Source of the DNA: Anaerolineales bacterium
Lineage (GTDB): Bacteria > Chloroflexota > Anaerolineae > JAAEKA01
Assembly (NCBI GenBank): GCA_034432445.1
Contig: DAOUBX010000204.1
Coordinates: forward strand, 2,143 to 66,142
DNA length: 64,000 nucleotides
Direction of reading: 5' to 3'
Made by a program: the position numbers and the translations under genes. Positions 30,052 to 39,789 of this stretch are shown piece by piece. Numbering within the stretch: the first letter of the stretch is position 1; the number at the start of each line of letters is the position of its first letter. Under the pieces are notes generated by a model. That model worked only from the letters and a program-made list of their open reading frames with translations. It ran no database searches and was not told the origin of the DNA.

Positions 30052-31878
30052 TCAGGGTGCGCCGGGGGCCAAGTCAAACTCGAACTCGCCGCTGCGGTTG
30101 GACAGGGCGGTTGCGTTGCCGCAGGGATTGGCGGCGCGCACGACGTAGGTGCGATTGGCCGCCGCGCTGCCCAGCACCGCTTGACTGAAGGTCATAGCAG
30201 TGACGACGGCGCAGTTGCCGCTGCACGTGCCGCCGGGGGTGAAGGTGGGATCGTTGTCGGCCCACCACACCTCGTAGCTGGCCGCGCTGGGTACGGCGGC
30301 CCAGGCGAGCTGCACCGTGGTGGCCGAAACCTGGCTGATGGCCACGGCCGGCGCAGCCGCCGGCGCGCGGCAACCGATGCTATAGGCCTGCCAGGCGTCG
30401 ATGCGGCCCCAGCCATAGACGTTGTTGGGCACGACGCCGGGCGTCTCGCTGCCGCAGGCCTGGGTAGATGGGCGCGGCAGGGCCGAGTCGGCGATGATAT
30501 CCTCGATCTGGTCCACGTCACCGGCCAGCCACGGATAGGCGGAGATGAGCAAGGCCACCTGGCCGGCGACGTGCGGACCGGCCATGCTGGTGCCGCTCCA
30601 GCCGCTCTGATACCCTCCGCCGCGCACGCTAGAACGGATGTTGACGCCGGGCGCCGAGACGTCGGGCTTGCGCCGGCCGCTGCCATCCACGGTGACGGGG
30701 CCACGGCTGCTGAAGCTGGCAATGTTGTCGCTGCTGTCGGTAGCGCCCACGGTGAAGGACTCGTCGTAGATGGCGGCCGGATCGCGCACCGTGGCGCAGG
30801 ACGAGCCGCTGTTGCCGGCCGAGTGCACGGTAACGATGCCGGCCGCGCGCACGTTTTGCACCACGGTGAGCAGCACGTTGGGATCGGTGCAGCCTTCGCT
30901 GGGCGGGCAGCCCCACGAGTTGTTGATCACGTCGGGCGCCAGGTCGGGCCGGGGGTCGCTGCCGTTCACGCGCGTGGGTGCGATGAACCACTGGTAGCAC
31001 TCGCTGTAGGTGGCCGGCGTGCCCACGCCCGCGTTCATGTTGCGGCAGCCGATCCACTTGGCGCCGGGCGCCATGCCGATCTGGTTGCCAAGGCCGTCGT
31101 CGCCTACCATAGTGCCCATCGTGTGGGTGCCGTGGTTGTGGTCGTCGCAGGGCACAGGCGAGTCGGCGCCGCAGATGCTGCCGCCTGCGTGGATGGCGTC
31201 GTGCCAGTTGTAGTCGTGGTTGGCGCTGCTGCCGTCCCAGCCGCGGTATTTGCCTTTGAGCGCGGGATGGTCCCACTGGTAGCCGGTGTCTTGCCCGGCA
31301 ACGACTGCACCTTGGCCGGTGTAGCCGGCGGCCCAGACGGCGGGCGCTTGCACTTTGGCGATGTTCCACTCGACGGTTTCGGGGGAGAGACCCTCAGCCA
31401 ATTCGTTGCCTGGCAGGGAAAGGGCTTCTGCAGGAGGTTGCAGCGCTTGCACGTGGGGGTTGGCGTAGATGCGGGCGACGTCGCTGCGCCGAGCCATGGC
31501 CTCGACCACGCTGCGGTCGCCGCGCACCCAGATCATGTTGGCCACCCAGAAGGGGCGATAAGCGACGCCCAGCCGCTCCAGTGCCCGTCGCACCGGCCCC
31601 TGTGTGCGTTCGGCGATTGCGGTCAGGGTCTCATAGACGTACTGACCTTTTGCGCGCTTGGTGGTCAGCGCATCGGCGCGGCTCAAGTCGGCCTGAGCTG
31701 TCAAGAAGACAAGGAACTCGGTCTCACCCTGTGCTGATGTCTCGAGCACCCAGGGATCGACCTTGGCCTGCCACGGCGCAGAGGCCGACAAGGAGCCGGC
31801 TCTGGCCGGCTCTCCCCAACTCTGGATCAGCAAAGCTACGGCGAGCAAAAGCGATAGAGCAGCGAACCATCGACGCAT
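30052..31878 (-). CDS. Secreted S8-family subtilisin-like serine peptidase with C-terminal FN3-like domain
   Basis: Signal peptide. Catalytic triad contexts DTGYQWDHPAL, HGTHTMGT, GTSMAGPHVAG. Confidence 0.85.
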   Translation of the reverse strand: MRRWFAALSLLLAVALLIQSWGEPARAGSLSASAPWQAKVDPWVLETSAQGETEFLVFLTAQADLSRADALTTKRAKGQYVYETLTAIAERTQGPVRRALERLGVAYRPFWVANMIWVRGDRSVVEAMARRSDVARIYANPHVQALQPPAEALSLPGNELAEGLSPETVEWNIAKVQAPAVWAAGYTGQGAVVAGQDTGYQWDHPALKGKYRGWDGSSANHDYNWHDAIHAGGSICGADSPVPCDDHNHGTHTMGTMVGDDGLGNQIGMAPGAKWIGCRNMNAGVGTPATYSECYQWFIAPTRVNGSDPRPDLAPDVINNSWGCPPSEGCTDPNVLLTVVQNVRAAGIVTVHSAGNSGSSCATVRDPAAIYDESFTVGATDSSDNIASFSSRGPVTVDGSGRRKPDVSAPGVNIRSSVRGGGYQSGWSGTSMAGPHVAGQVALLISAYPWLAGDVDQIEDIIADSALPRPSTQACGSETPGVVPNNVYGWGRIDAWQAYSIGCRAPAAAPAVAISQVSATTVQLAWAAVPSAASYEVWWADNDPTFTPGGTCSGNCAVVTAMTFSQAVLGSAAANRTYVVRAANPCGNATALSNRSGEFEFDLAPGAP

Positions 31879-31907
31879 AATAGCCTCCGCAAGAAGCGCT
31901 GGGCGCG

Positions 31908-32834
31908 CTACAGGCGCTGCGCATAGGTGGCCTGCAGTGCAGTTACCAGTTCTACCAACACGTTGTTCACCGGCGTGGGCACACCCCAGCGATGACCCAG
32001 GCGAGCCACTGCGCCGTTGATGACGTCGACCTCGGTGGGCGCCTGGCGCAGCACGTCCTGCAACATCGAGGAACGATTAGCAGCCGTGGCCCGCGCCACC
32101 TGTTCCACCCGCGCCACGGGATCGGCAAAGGGGAGTGTGATGCCTTGGGCTGCGGCTACTGCCGCGGCCTCTTGCGCCGCGGCCGCCATCAGGGAGCGAG
32201 CAGCCGGCTGGTCCAGCAACACGCCGTTGGGCACGCGCAACAGCGCAGTCAGGGCATTGATGCCGGCGTTGACGACGAGCTTGCCCCACACCAGGCCGGC
32301 CACGTCAGCGGTGCAATACGTCTCGAAACCTGCCTGCCGGAAGATGTGGGCTACGGCGTCGAGGCGAGCGGCCTGTTCGGCGCTGCCGGCGAGGTGCGTA
32401 GGGCCGGCGCCGGCGAAGCGCACTCGGCCCGGGCCCAGCAGCGTGGCGCCCATGGCGGTAACGCCTTGCGCGGCGCGCGCGGGGCCCACCACCTGGGCGA
32501 TCACCTCCAGGTTGCCCAGGCCGTTCTGCAAGGTCAGCGCCAGGCCGTCCGGAGCCAGCACCTGAGCCGCCTTCTGCGCCGCGCGGGGTGTGTCATGGGA
32601 CTTGACGGCGATGAGGGCCAGATCAACAGCAACAGGCAAGTCCTCTGTCCGTTCCGCCACTTGCATGGCCGTTTGCGTCTCGCTGCCGTCCAGTTCGATC
32701 AAGGTGAGGCCGCTGCGACGAATTGCGGCCGCCTGCTCAGCCCAGCCGGTGATCAGCCACAGGTCCAGCAACGGCGCCAGCTTGGCTGCCAGCAGGGAAC
32801 CTAATGCGCCGCCGCCAACCACCGCCGCTCGCAT
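31908..32834 (-). CDS. panE: 2-dehydropantoate 2-reductase (ketopantoate reductase)
   Basis: 308 aa. N-terminal Rossmann VVGGGALGSLLAAKLA. ApbA/PanE C-terminal domain. Adjacent to panB. Confidence 0.75.
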   Translation of the reverse strand: MRAAVVGGGALGSLLAAKLAPLLDLWLITGWAEQAAAIRRSGLTLIELDGSETQTAMQVAERTEDLPVAVDLALIAVKSHDTPRAAQKAAQVLAPDGLALTLQNGLGNLEVIAQVVGPARAAQGVTAMGATLLGPGRVRFAGAGPTHLAGSAEQAARLDAVAHIFRQAGFETYCTADVAGLVWGKLVVNAGINALTALLRVPNGVLLDQPAARSLMAAAAQEAAAVAAAQGITLPFADPVARVEQVARATAANRSSMLQDVLRQAPTEVDVINGAVARLGHRWGVPTPVNNVLVELVTALQATYAQRL

Positions 32835-32836
32835 GG

Positions 32837-33712
32837 CTAGACCTCCGGCGAGCTGCCGGCGTCGCGCATTGCAAGAAAGGCCAGAAACTTGTCGATTTCC
32901 CCGTCATCCATGGCGTAGGTGTGCTCGTCGGCTGGGAAACGCCGAGCTACAACGTCATCTTTGTATTCCAGCAGCGCACGTTCGATCTCGGCCGCAGCGT
33001 TGGCATACTTCCTAACGAACTTGGGCACGAACCTGTCAAACAGGCCGACCAGATCATGAAAGACCAGCACCTGGCCATCGCACCCGGCGCCGGCGCCGAT
33101 GCCGATGGTGGGAATGCGCAGGCGCTGCGAGATCGCTTCGGCCACAGGCGCCGGCACAGCCTCCAGCACGATCGAGAAACAGCCCGCCTCCTGCAAAGCT
33201 AGGGCGTCATCCAAGAGCTTCTGCGCTGCGGCGGCGGTCTTGCCCTGCACGCGATACCCGCCCAGCGCTGAGATGGACTGCGGCGTTAGGCCAATATGTC
33301 CCTGCACCGGGATGCCAGCCGCTACGATGGCGCGAATGACGGCGGTCACCTCCCGGCCGCCCTCCAGCTTGACCGCGTCCATGCCACCTTCTTTGAGGAA
33401 TCGGACAGCGTTGCGCACAGCCTCTTGCGGCGAGAGCTCGTAGCTGCCAAACGGCATGTCGCCGATCAGAAAAGGAGACTTGGCACCGCGAGCAACGGCC
33501 TGACAGTGATGGATCATGGCGTCCATGGTGACAGGCACCGTGCTCTCGTAGCCAAGCACCACCATGCCCAGCGAGTCGCCAACCAACAGCACATCGATGC
33601 CGGCGCGTTCGACCAGAAGCGCGCCGGGGTAATCGTAGGCTGTGACCATCGTGATCGGCTCGCCCCGCTCTTTCTTGCTTTGCAACGCGTGGATTGTGAC
33701 TTTCTTAGCCAT
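32837..33712 (-). CDS. panB: 3-methyl-2-oxobutanoate hydroxymethyltransferase
   Basis: MAKKVTIHALQSKKERGEPITMVTAYDYPGALLVERAGIDVLLVGDSLGMVVLGYESTVPVTMD... is canonical PanB. The track ORF includes a short N-extension from an alternative start. Confidence 0.9.
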   Translation of the reverse strand: MAKKVTIHALQSKKERGEPITMVTAYDYPGALLVERAGIDVLLVGDSLGMVVLGYESTVPVTMDAMIHHCQAVARGAKSPFLIGDMPFGSYELSPQEAVRNAVRFLKEGGMDAVKLEGGREVTAVIRAIVAAGIPVQGHIGLTPQSISALGGYRVQGKTAAAAQKLLDDALALQEAGCFSIVLEAVPAPVAEAISQRLRIPTIGIGAGAGCDGQVLVFHDLVGLFDRFVPKFVRKYANAAAEIERALLEYKDDVVARRFPADEHTYAMDDGEIDKFLAFLAMRDAGSSPEV

Positions 33713-33917
33713 CGGTTGCATCCTTCTGCGCCCAGACAACAAGCGTGTTCAATTGCCAATTGCGGCAACCCACCGAACGGGTAGCCTCAGGTTCAGGGGC
33801 TGCATTGTATGTCAGGCCAGGAGCCATGTCAACCTGAGCATACTGAGCACGAATCCCGCAGTCCCTTTGGCCCGGAGAATTGCCAAAGCCATGCGCGGTG
33901 AACGTAGGATTCAGCCG

Positions 33918-34028
33918 CAGGTGCCGGGCACTTGAGCCTGCGTTTGCCAGGGTGTCCGCAGAGCCGACTCAAGCAGCAACCCGGTCGCAAGTTCCTCTGG
34001 GGCAGTCCCCATGCCCGGCCCCTGAATA
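33918..34028. repeat. MITE/REP-like element, copy C (inverted orientation)
   Basis: CAGGTGCCGGGCACTTGAGCCTGCGTTTGCCAGGGTGTCCGCAGAGCCGACTCAAGCAGCAACCCGGTCG... is the reverse complement of the copy A/B core. Confidence 0.65.
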
Positions 34029-34057
34029 GGACGCTAGGGCGGCGAAACGAGTCACAC

Positions 34058-35269
34058 TCAGGTGCGATAATGCGCGTTCAGAGAGACGTAGTCGTGGGTG
34101 AGATCGCTGGTCCAGACCGTGGCCTCGGCTGCGCCAGCGCCCAGGTCGAGGTGGATCAGCAAGTCGCGGCAGCTAAAGATGCGGGCAGCTTCGGTCTCGT
34201 CATAGGCCAGCGGCGCGCCGGCAGACACCACCTGGTACTCAGCGCCGCCGTCGCCAGCGAACCAGAGCGCCGCGCGGGCAGGCTCTAGCTCGATGCCGCT
34301 GCGGCCGGCCGCGGCGAGCACACGGCCCCAGTTGGGGTCGCCGCCGTAGACTGCAGTCTTGACCAGCAGCGAGGTAGCGATGGTTTGCGCCACTTGGCGC
34401 GCGTCCGCCTCGCTGGCCGCGCCGGTAACGCGCACCGCGACAAACTTGCTGGCGCCCTCGGCGTCGCGCACGATCTGCTGCGCCAGGTCAGTGCAGACGG
34501 CGGTCAGCGCAGCCTCGAACGCAGCAAGGTTAACCGGCCCGGCCAACCCGTTGGCCAGCACCAGGACGGTGTCGTTGGTGCTGGTGTCGCCGTCCACGCT
34601 GATGGCGTTGAAGCTGTGGTGCACGGCGCGGCGCAGCATGGCGTGCAGCGCGGCCGGCTCGACAGCGGCGTCGCTCACCACCACCGCCAGCATCGTCGCC
34701 ATGTTGGGATGGATCATGGCCGCGCCCTTGGCCATGCCCAACAGGCGCGCTCCGCCGACTTGCCGGGCAGCTAGTTTGGGCTTGGTGTCGGTGGTCATGA
34801 TGGCCTGCGCCGCCAGCATTTTTGCCTCGCTGCTCTGGCCGCCGTCCGACCGCGCCAGTGCGGCGGCGGCGCGAATGCCGGTCATCACCTTGTCCATTGG
34901 CAGCGGCAGGCCGATCACGCCGGTAGACATGACCAACGCCGAGCCGGCCGGCAAATCCAGCGCAGCCTCGACCGCCGCGGCCATGGCGGCGGTCGAGGCC
35001 AAGCCCTGCTGGCCCGTGCAGGCGTTGGCGTTGCCCGCGTTGATCACTACAGCGCGCATGGCCGCCGGATTGACCTGCAGGGCCTGTCGGTCGTAGAGCA
35101 CCGGCGCGGCCGGGAAGCGGTTTTGCGTGAAGACGCCGGCGGCCGCGCAGGGCGCCTCGCTAACGACCAACGCCAGGTCCAGCGCGCGGCCGCCATAGGC
35201 TGCGGTTGGCGGCTTGAGGCCGCAGGAGACGCCGGCAAAGCGAAATCCTGTAATTTGCATCTCTGTCAC
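34058..35269 (-). CDS. argJ: Bifunctional glutamate N-acetyltransferase / amino-acid acetyltransferase (ornithine acetyltransferase)
   Basis: 403 aa. ArgJ family including the autoproteolytic ATML site region (...MATMLAVVVSDAAV...). Confidence 0.85.
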   Translation of the reverse strand: MTEMQITGFRFAGVSCGLKPPTAAYGGRALDLALVVSEAPCAAAGVFTQNRFPAAPVLYDRQALQVNPAAMRAVVINAGNANACTGQQGLASTAAMAAAVEAALDLPAGSALVMSTGVIGLPLPMDKVMTGIRAAAALARSDGGQSSEAKMLAAQAIMTTDTKPKLAARQVGGARLLGMAKGAAMIHPNMATMLAVVVSDAAVEPAALHAMLRRAVHHSFNAISVDGDTSTNDTVLVLANGLAGPVNLAAFEAALTAVCTDLAQQIVRDAEGASKFVAVRVTGAASEADARQVAQTIATSLLVKTAVYGGDPNWGRVLAAAGRSGIELEPARAALWFAGDGGAEYQVVSAGAPLAYDETEAARIFSCRDLLIHLDLGAGAAEATVWTSDLTHDYVSLNAHYRT

Positions 35270-35320
35270 GGTTCACCTCTCGGGCCGACAACACGACGTC
35301 TGGTCGGCCCAGCCGAGAAT

Positions 35321-36088
35321 TCAACTTGGCGGTGCCGCAGCAGACGCCTGTCCGGCCAGCAGCTCGGCCAGATGCACCGCCCGGCACGCGCTGCCGCTGC
35401 GGTTGAGCGCGGCGTTCATCTGTAAGACACAGCCGGTTTCAACCGCCACCACAAGGTCAGCGCTGCTCTTGGCGATAGCCCTGGCTTTGCGCTCGGCAAT
35501 AGCGTTGGCAATCTGGGGCATTTGTGCGCTGAACAGACCGCCAAAGCCACAACAGGCATCGGCGTCGGCTAAGGGCGTTGGCTCGGCGCCCTGCACCGCG
35601 GCCAACAGCGCTCGCGGCTGGCGATCGATTTGCAGCATGCGCAGCGCTTGGCAGGCCGGTTGGTAAGCGACCTTGCCGTCGAACCGCGCAGCCAGGTCGG
35701 TAACGCCCAGCACGTCGACCAGATACTCGCTCAACTCATAGGTGCGCGCTGCCACAGCCTCGGCGCGGGCGCGCCAGCGCTCGTCGCCCGCCAGCAGCCG
35801 CGGGTATTCGTCACGCACCATCGCGACGCAGACCGGCGAGGGGGAAACAACGGCGGCAAAGGGCTCGAAGACTTCAATCCAGCGCTGCGCCAGCGTCACG
35901 GCGTCGCTGCGCCAGCCGACGTGCAAGGCCGGCGCACCGCAGCAGGTTTGCTCCGGCGGAAACTCCACGCGCAGACCCTGTCTTTCGAGCAGGCTCACCG
36001 TCGCCTCGCCCACCTCCGGGCGGAACAGGTCGACGAGACAGGTGACGAAGAGGGCAATAGGGGTGGACGGATCGGTAGAGTGGGACAT
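35321..36088 (-). CDS. (Fe-S)-binding protein with two CCG cysteine-rich domains (LutA/GlcF-like)
   Basis: 255 aa. Two CxxCGxxxxxxxxxC-type CCG motifs (TCCGAPALH..., ACCGFGGLF...). Confidence 0.65.
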   Translation of the reverse strand: MSHSTDPSTPIALFVTCLVDLFRPEVGEATVSLLERQGLRVEFPPEQTCCGAPALHVGWRSDAVTLAQRWIEVFEPFAAVVSPSPVCVAMVRDEYPRLLAGDERWRARAEAVAARTYELSEYLVDVLGVTDLAARFDGKVAYQPACQALRMLQIDRQPRALLAAVQGAEPTPLADADACCGFGGLFSAQMPQIANAIAERKARAIAKSSADLVVAVETGCVLQMNAALNRSGSACRAVHLAELLAGQASAAAPPS

Positions 36089-36134
36089 GGGTAGGTGGGA
36101 AGGTTGGTTGGTAGATTGGTCGCGCGCGACCGAT

Positions 36135-37322
36135 CTACCAATTTGCCAATGCTACAATCTCCCGCTGCAACGGCAAGGTTGTAATTTCGATACCAGTCTG
36201 GTGCACCAGCACGTCGATCTCCAGGCGCACGCCGAAGTCGCCGGGCAGGTAAATGCCCGGCTCGATGGTGAAGGCGGTGTTGGGCAACAGGCGGCGGGTG
36301 TCGTTGGTCTCCAGGTTGTCCAGGTGCGCGCCGTTGCCGTGGCCGGCCGAGCCCAGCGAATGGCCCGTGCGGTGGATGAAGTAGCGGCCATAGCCGGCGC
36401 GCTCGATCACCCCGCGGCACACGTCGTCGGCGTCGCAGCCGCGCACGGGGCGGCCGGCCGCCATTTCACCCTGGATATAGGCCACGCACGCGTTGCGCGC
36501 CTGTGCCACCACGTCGCAGATGTGCTGGTAGCGCTGCGGCACCTGGTCACTACACAGGGCTACCCAGGTGATGTCGCCCATGATGGCATCGGGCGGTGTT
36601 TCCCTGGCCCACAGGTCGATTAGTAGGAAGTCGCCGCGTTGGATGGCCGCGTGGCGCTGGGCGGTGGGGATGTAGTGGGGGTCGGCGGCATGCGCGTTGA
36701 CCGCCACGATCGGGTCATGGTCGGCCACCAGCCCGGCCTCGGCGATGCGACCGGCCATCCACTGCTGCACGCTGTATTCGCTGATTGCTTGGCCGTTGCG
36801 CAGGGCCACGGCGACATAGGCGAAGGTCTCGTCCTTGATGCGCAGCAGCGCGGCGGCCGCGCGGCGGTGGCCGTCGATTTGGGCTGGCGTCAGCCGCGCC
36901 TCCACGGCTTGCACCAGATCGGCCGAGCTGACGACCTCCACACCCAGGCCGCGTATCATCTCCAGCGTGCCGGCGTCGACGCGGCTGACGTAGGGGATGG
37001 CGCAGCGCGGCGAGTACTCCATGGCGATGCGCTGCGCGCCGCCCAGCATGGCGACGAGTTGCTGCTCCAGCTCCTGCCAGCGCACGTAGCTGCGCGGCTG
37101 CACCGGCCAGTCGCGGAAAGGCGCCAGCTCGATGGCGTGCACCAGCCACTGGGGCTCGCCCTGGGCCGGAATCCAGTAGGCCCAGCGCCGGCTGAACATG
37201 GCCTGGGGCGGCAGCGGGGCGATGCTGGCCGCGATGGGGTTCATGCCGCGGAAGTCGAACAGCAACCAGCCGTCGAGGCCGGCTTCGGCGAGCAATGTTT
37301 GGATAACCGATAGATCGTTCAT
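36135..37322 (-). CDS. M24-family metallopeptidase (Xaa-Pro aminopeptidase/creatinase-like)
   Basis: 395 aa. C-terminal pita-bread fold motifs HRTGHSLG, ...IEPGIY..., GVRLEID. Confidence 0.75.
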   Translation of the reverse strand: MNDLSVIQTLLAEAGLDGWLLFDFRGMNPIAASIAPLPPQAMFSRRWAYWIPAQGEPQWLVHAIELAPFRDWPVQPRSYVRWQELEQQLVAMLGGAQRIAMEYSPRCAIPYVSRVDAGTLEMIRGLGVEVVSSADLVQAVEARLTPAQIDGHRRAAAALLRIKDETFAYVAVALRNGQAISEYSVQQWMAGRIAEAGLVADHDPIVAVNAHAADPHYIPTAQRHAAIQRGDFLLIDLWARETPPDAIMGDITWVALCSDQVPQRYQHICDVVAQARNACVAYIQGEMAAGRPVRGCDADDVCRGVIERAGYGRYFIHRTGHSLGSAGHGNGAHLDNLETNDTRRLLPNTAFTIEPGIYLPGDFGVRLEIDVLVHQTGIEITTLPLQREIVALANW

Positions 37323-37638
37323 AGGCGCCTTTGCAACTGTAGAAAGCTGACGTAACTACTCAGCCCGGTGAATGGAACACCTGCACTTGCATCGCAGGTG
37401 CAAGTGTTCACCGTCTGACAGCACGACACCTTCGCCTGCGCCGACGAAGCCTTAAGGAGCGCAGCGACTGGTGGGCCGCAGGCGAGGTGCAGGTGAGCGG
37501 CCACAGCCGCTGGGAACACGCTCCGCCAGGCCCTAAGGGGCCTTCGTACTGTCAGCCAGGGATTTCCAATCCTGGGTTAGGGGCACGCCTGAGCAGTTAC
37601 AAGTTGACTTAGCTAAGCACGTTAGCTAGAATAAAGGT

Positions 37639-37866
37639 ATGCAAGTAACCATTCACGAAGCAAAAACCAATCTTTCTCGGCTGATCCAGGCGGCTTTGGC
37701 CGGCGAAGAAGTCGTCATTGCCAAGGGCAAACAACCCCTGGTCAAGCTAGTCGTTGTGCCTGAAGCGCGCCAGCAGCGCAGAGTCGGCGGCGCCGAAGGT
37801 GTGGTGCTGTTCATGGCTGATGACTTCAACGCGCCACCGGAGGATTTCGGAGAGTACATGCCGTGA
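37639..37866 (+). CDS. Type II antitoxin, Phd/YefM family
   Basis: 75 aa. MQVTIHEAKTNLSRLIQAALAGEEVVIAKGKQPLVKLV is the Phd/YefM signature. Overlaps the downstream PIN gene by 4 nt. Confidence 0.8.
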   Translation: MQVTIHEAKTNLSRLIQAALAGEEVVIAKGKQPLVKLVVVPEARQQRRVGGAEGVVLFMADDFNAPPEDFGEYMP

Positions 37867-38246
37867 AGCTGCTCTTGGACACGCAAGTCTTTCTCTGGGT
37901 GATCAACAACCGGAAGCTCAGCCAGCGCGCCAGAGCCGCATTTCTCGACACTAGCAACCAACTCTTTCTGAGCGCAGCCAGCTATTGGGAGATCTGTATC
38001 AAGCAAAATATCGGTAAGCTGGTTTTGGCTGAGGACTGGCAACAGAGCTTTGAGCGTGAGATGCGAGCCAATGACATTCGCTGGTTGCCCATTGAGAAGT
38101 CGCACTGCCAGGCCATTGTCGAGCTGCCCTGGCTTCATCGCGATCCCTTCGACCGCTTGTTGATCGGCCAGGCGCTGCAAGAAGGTATGACGATCTTGAC
38201 TGCTGACGAGCAGATTCAGCAATATGACGTTGCGACCATCTGGTAG
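37863..38246 (+). CDS. Type II toxin, PIN-domain VapC family
   Basis: 127 aa. LLLDTQVFLW ... acidic residues of the PIN fold (D6, E43-like, D-rich C-terminus DPFDRLLIGQA). Confidence 0.8.
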   Translation: MKLLLDTQVFLWVINNRKLSQRARAAFLDTSNQLFLSAASYWEICIKQNIGKLVLAEDWQQSFEREMRANDIRWLPIEKSHCQAIVELPWLHRDPFDRLLIGQALQEGMTILTADEQIQQYDVATIW

Positions 38247-38315
38247 CCTACTCGATTTGACCACACAGTCCTTCACCGAACGCGCAGTCCTGCAAGCTCC
38301 TTTCAGTTCCTACCA

Positions 38316-39761
38316 CTACGGCCATTCCCACGGCAGCGTGTTCTGGTAGATCCAGGCCATTGTATGCATGGCGCTGACCGCGGTCAACATCAGCCCAGCC
38401 TCGGCCAACTGGCCGCGATCCGGTAGAACGCGGGGGAGCAAACGGGCGAGCCACAACGTGCTGGGGATGGCCGCCAGGCTGAACAGATCCCAATCGCGCT
38501 GGCCGCCGTAGTCAGGGTTCCACACCCAGGTGAACAACCAGTAGAGCCCTGTGCAAAGCGCCAGAAACGCTAACGCGCGGCCTTCGCGGCCTGCTGCGAC
38601 ACGCTCTGTCTTAACGGAGCGGGACTCCGCCAGCAGCGCCACACCAACGATCAGCAAACCGCCCAGCGTCACCGGCGCCGTCAACATCTGCATGTTCAGC
38701 CAATCTAGCAGGTGCGCCCAGGAGAACATGGTGTAGCGTTCCCAACGTGTGGTGACCGCGGTCAACGGCACGAACCACCGCGCATCGCCGCCGCCTGGCC
38801 GGTCCGTCGTGACCAAGGTGGCCAGCCCATGCCCACTGAGCTCCATCAACAGGATTACACCGCCGGCCACCACCGCCATCGGCCAAGCCACCTGCCCCAC
38901 CGCCAACCACCACACCCTCCCCCCTTTTCCTTTCTCGTCTTGTGCCCACGCCCACGCCACGTACAACAGCGCCGGCGCCAATACGATCGTCGAAGGGTGC
39001 AGCCCGTGGGTGATGGCCAGAGCCAGCGCCGGCTGCCACAACGCCCGTCGTCCGGCAAGCGTCTCCAGGGCCAGCCAGAGGAAGATCAGGACACCCGCAG
39101 CGGCCAGGCTGTAGTTCTCGGCATAGCCGAAGAAGAGCTGCATCACGCCCAACGTGCCCATCAGTCCGACGATCAGCCCCTTCTCGGTACGGTTGCGGCC
39201 GATGCTGTCGGCCAGACGCAGCAAACCATAGACGTACACCGCGCCGGCCAGTGGGCTGAGGATGCGATACACGGGCCAGGCGTCGGCCCAGCCAAAGGCC
39301 GCGTTGCCCAATGCCCACAGCCGTGCGTGCAGCCACACATCGAGCGGCGCCTGCCACGTGGCTGTGATGCGCAGGGCAGGATCGGGATAGGCGATGCCGT
39401 TAACCAGAATGTAGGCGTCGCCCCAGCGGGTGTGGACGATGCGCAAGAGGTAGAAGGGAATGAGGGACAGCAGGGAAAGGAGAGCAAAGAAGCGAGGGCG
39501 AGCGTGCGGCGGAATGCGGAAGCGGTCGGCGCGTCGGCGCAGCCGACGCAACATGCGGGAGGCAAGCGGGCGAGCGCAGGTCAAGGCAGTCGCAATGGCC
39601 AGCAACCAGCGCCACAGCGGAGGGAGATAGGTGAACGACCAAAGGCCCCAAGCGTCAGCCTCAGACAACAGCGGCGCTACCAAATGCAGGCCAACGATGG
39701 CCAGACACATCACGCGCAGGGCGGTCAACATGCGCTCGCCATAGGACGGTGAAAAGGACAT
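38316..39761 (-). CDS. Large polytopic membrane protein of unknown function
   Basis: Start chosen at MSFSPSYGERM, just downstream of the nnr stop. The track ORF start at 39980 would overlap nnr. About 12 TM helices. Confidence 0.5.
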   Translation of the reverse strand: MSFSPSYGERMLTALRVMCLAIVGLHLVAPLLSEADAWGLWSFTYLPPLWRWLLAIATALTCARPLASRMLRRLRRRADRFRIPPHARPRFFALLSLLSLIPFYLLRIVHTRWGDAYILVNGIAYPDPALRITATWQAPLDVWLHARLWALGNAAFGWADAWPVYRILSPLAGAVYVYGLLRLADSIGRNRTEKGLIVGLMGTLGVMQLFFGYAENYSLAAAGVLIFLWLALETLAGRRALWQPALALAITHGLHPSTIVLAPALLYVAWAWAQDEKGKGGRVWWLAVGQVAWPMAVVAGGVILLMELSGHGLATLVTTDRPGGGDARWFVPLTAVTTRWERYTMFSWAHLLDWLNMQMLTAPVTLGGLLIVGVALLAESRSVKTERVAAGREGRALAFLALCTGLYWLFTWVWNPDYGGQRDWDLFSLAAIPSTLWLARLLPRVLPDRGQLAEAGLMLTAVSAMHTMAWIYQNTLPWEWP

Positions 39762-39789
39762 AGGCTGTCTAGCAGGCTCGGCCAGACCT

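Noticed and set aside
30010-31737. 575-aa plus-strand ORF and nested minus-frame ORFs across the S8 peptidase gene
   Set aside because: The S8 catalytic triad motifs are only in the 30052-31878 minus frame. The others are Gly/Ala/Arg-rich artefacts.
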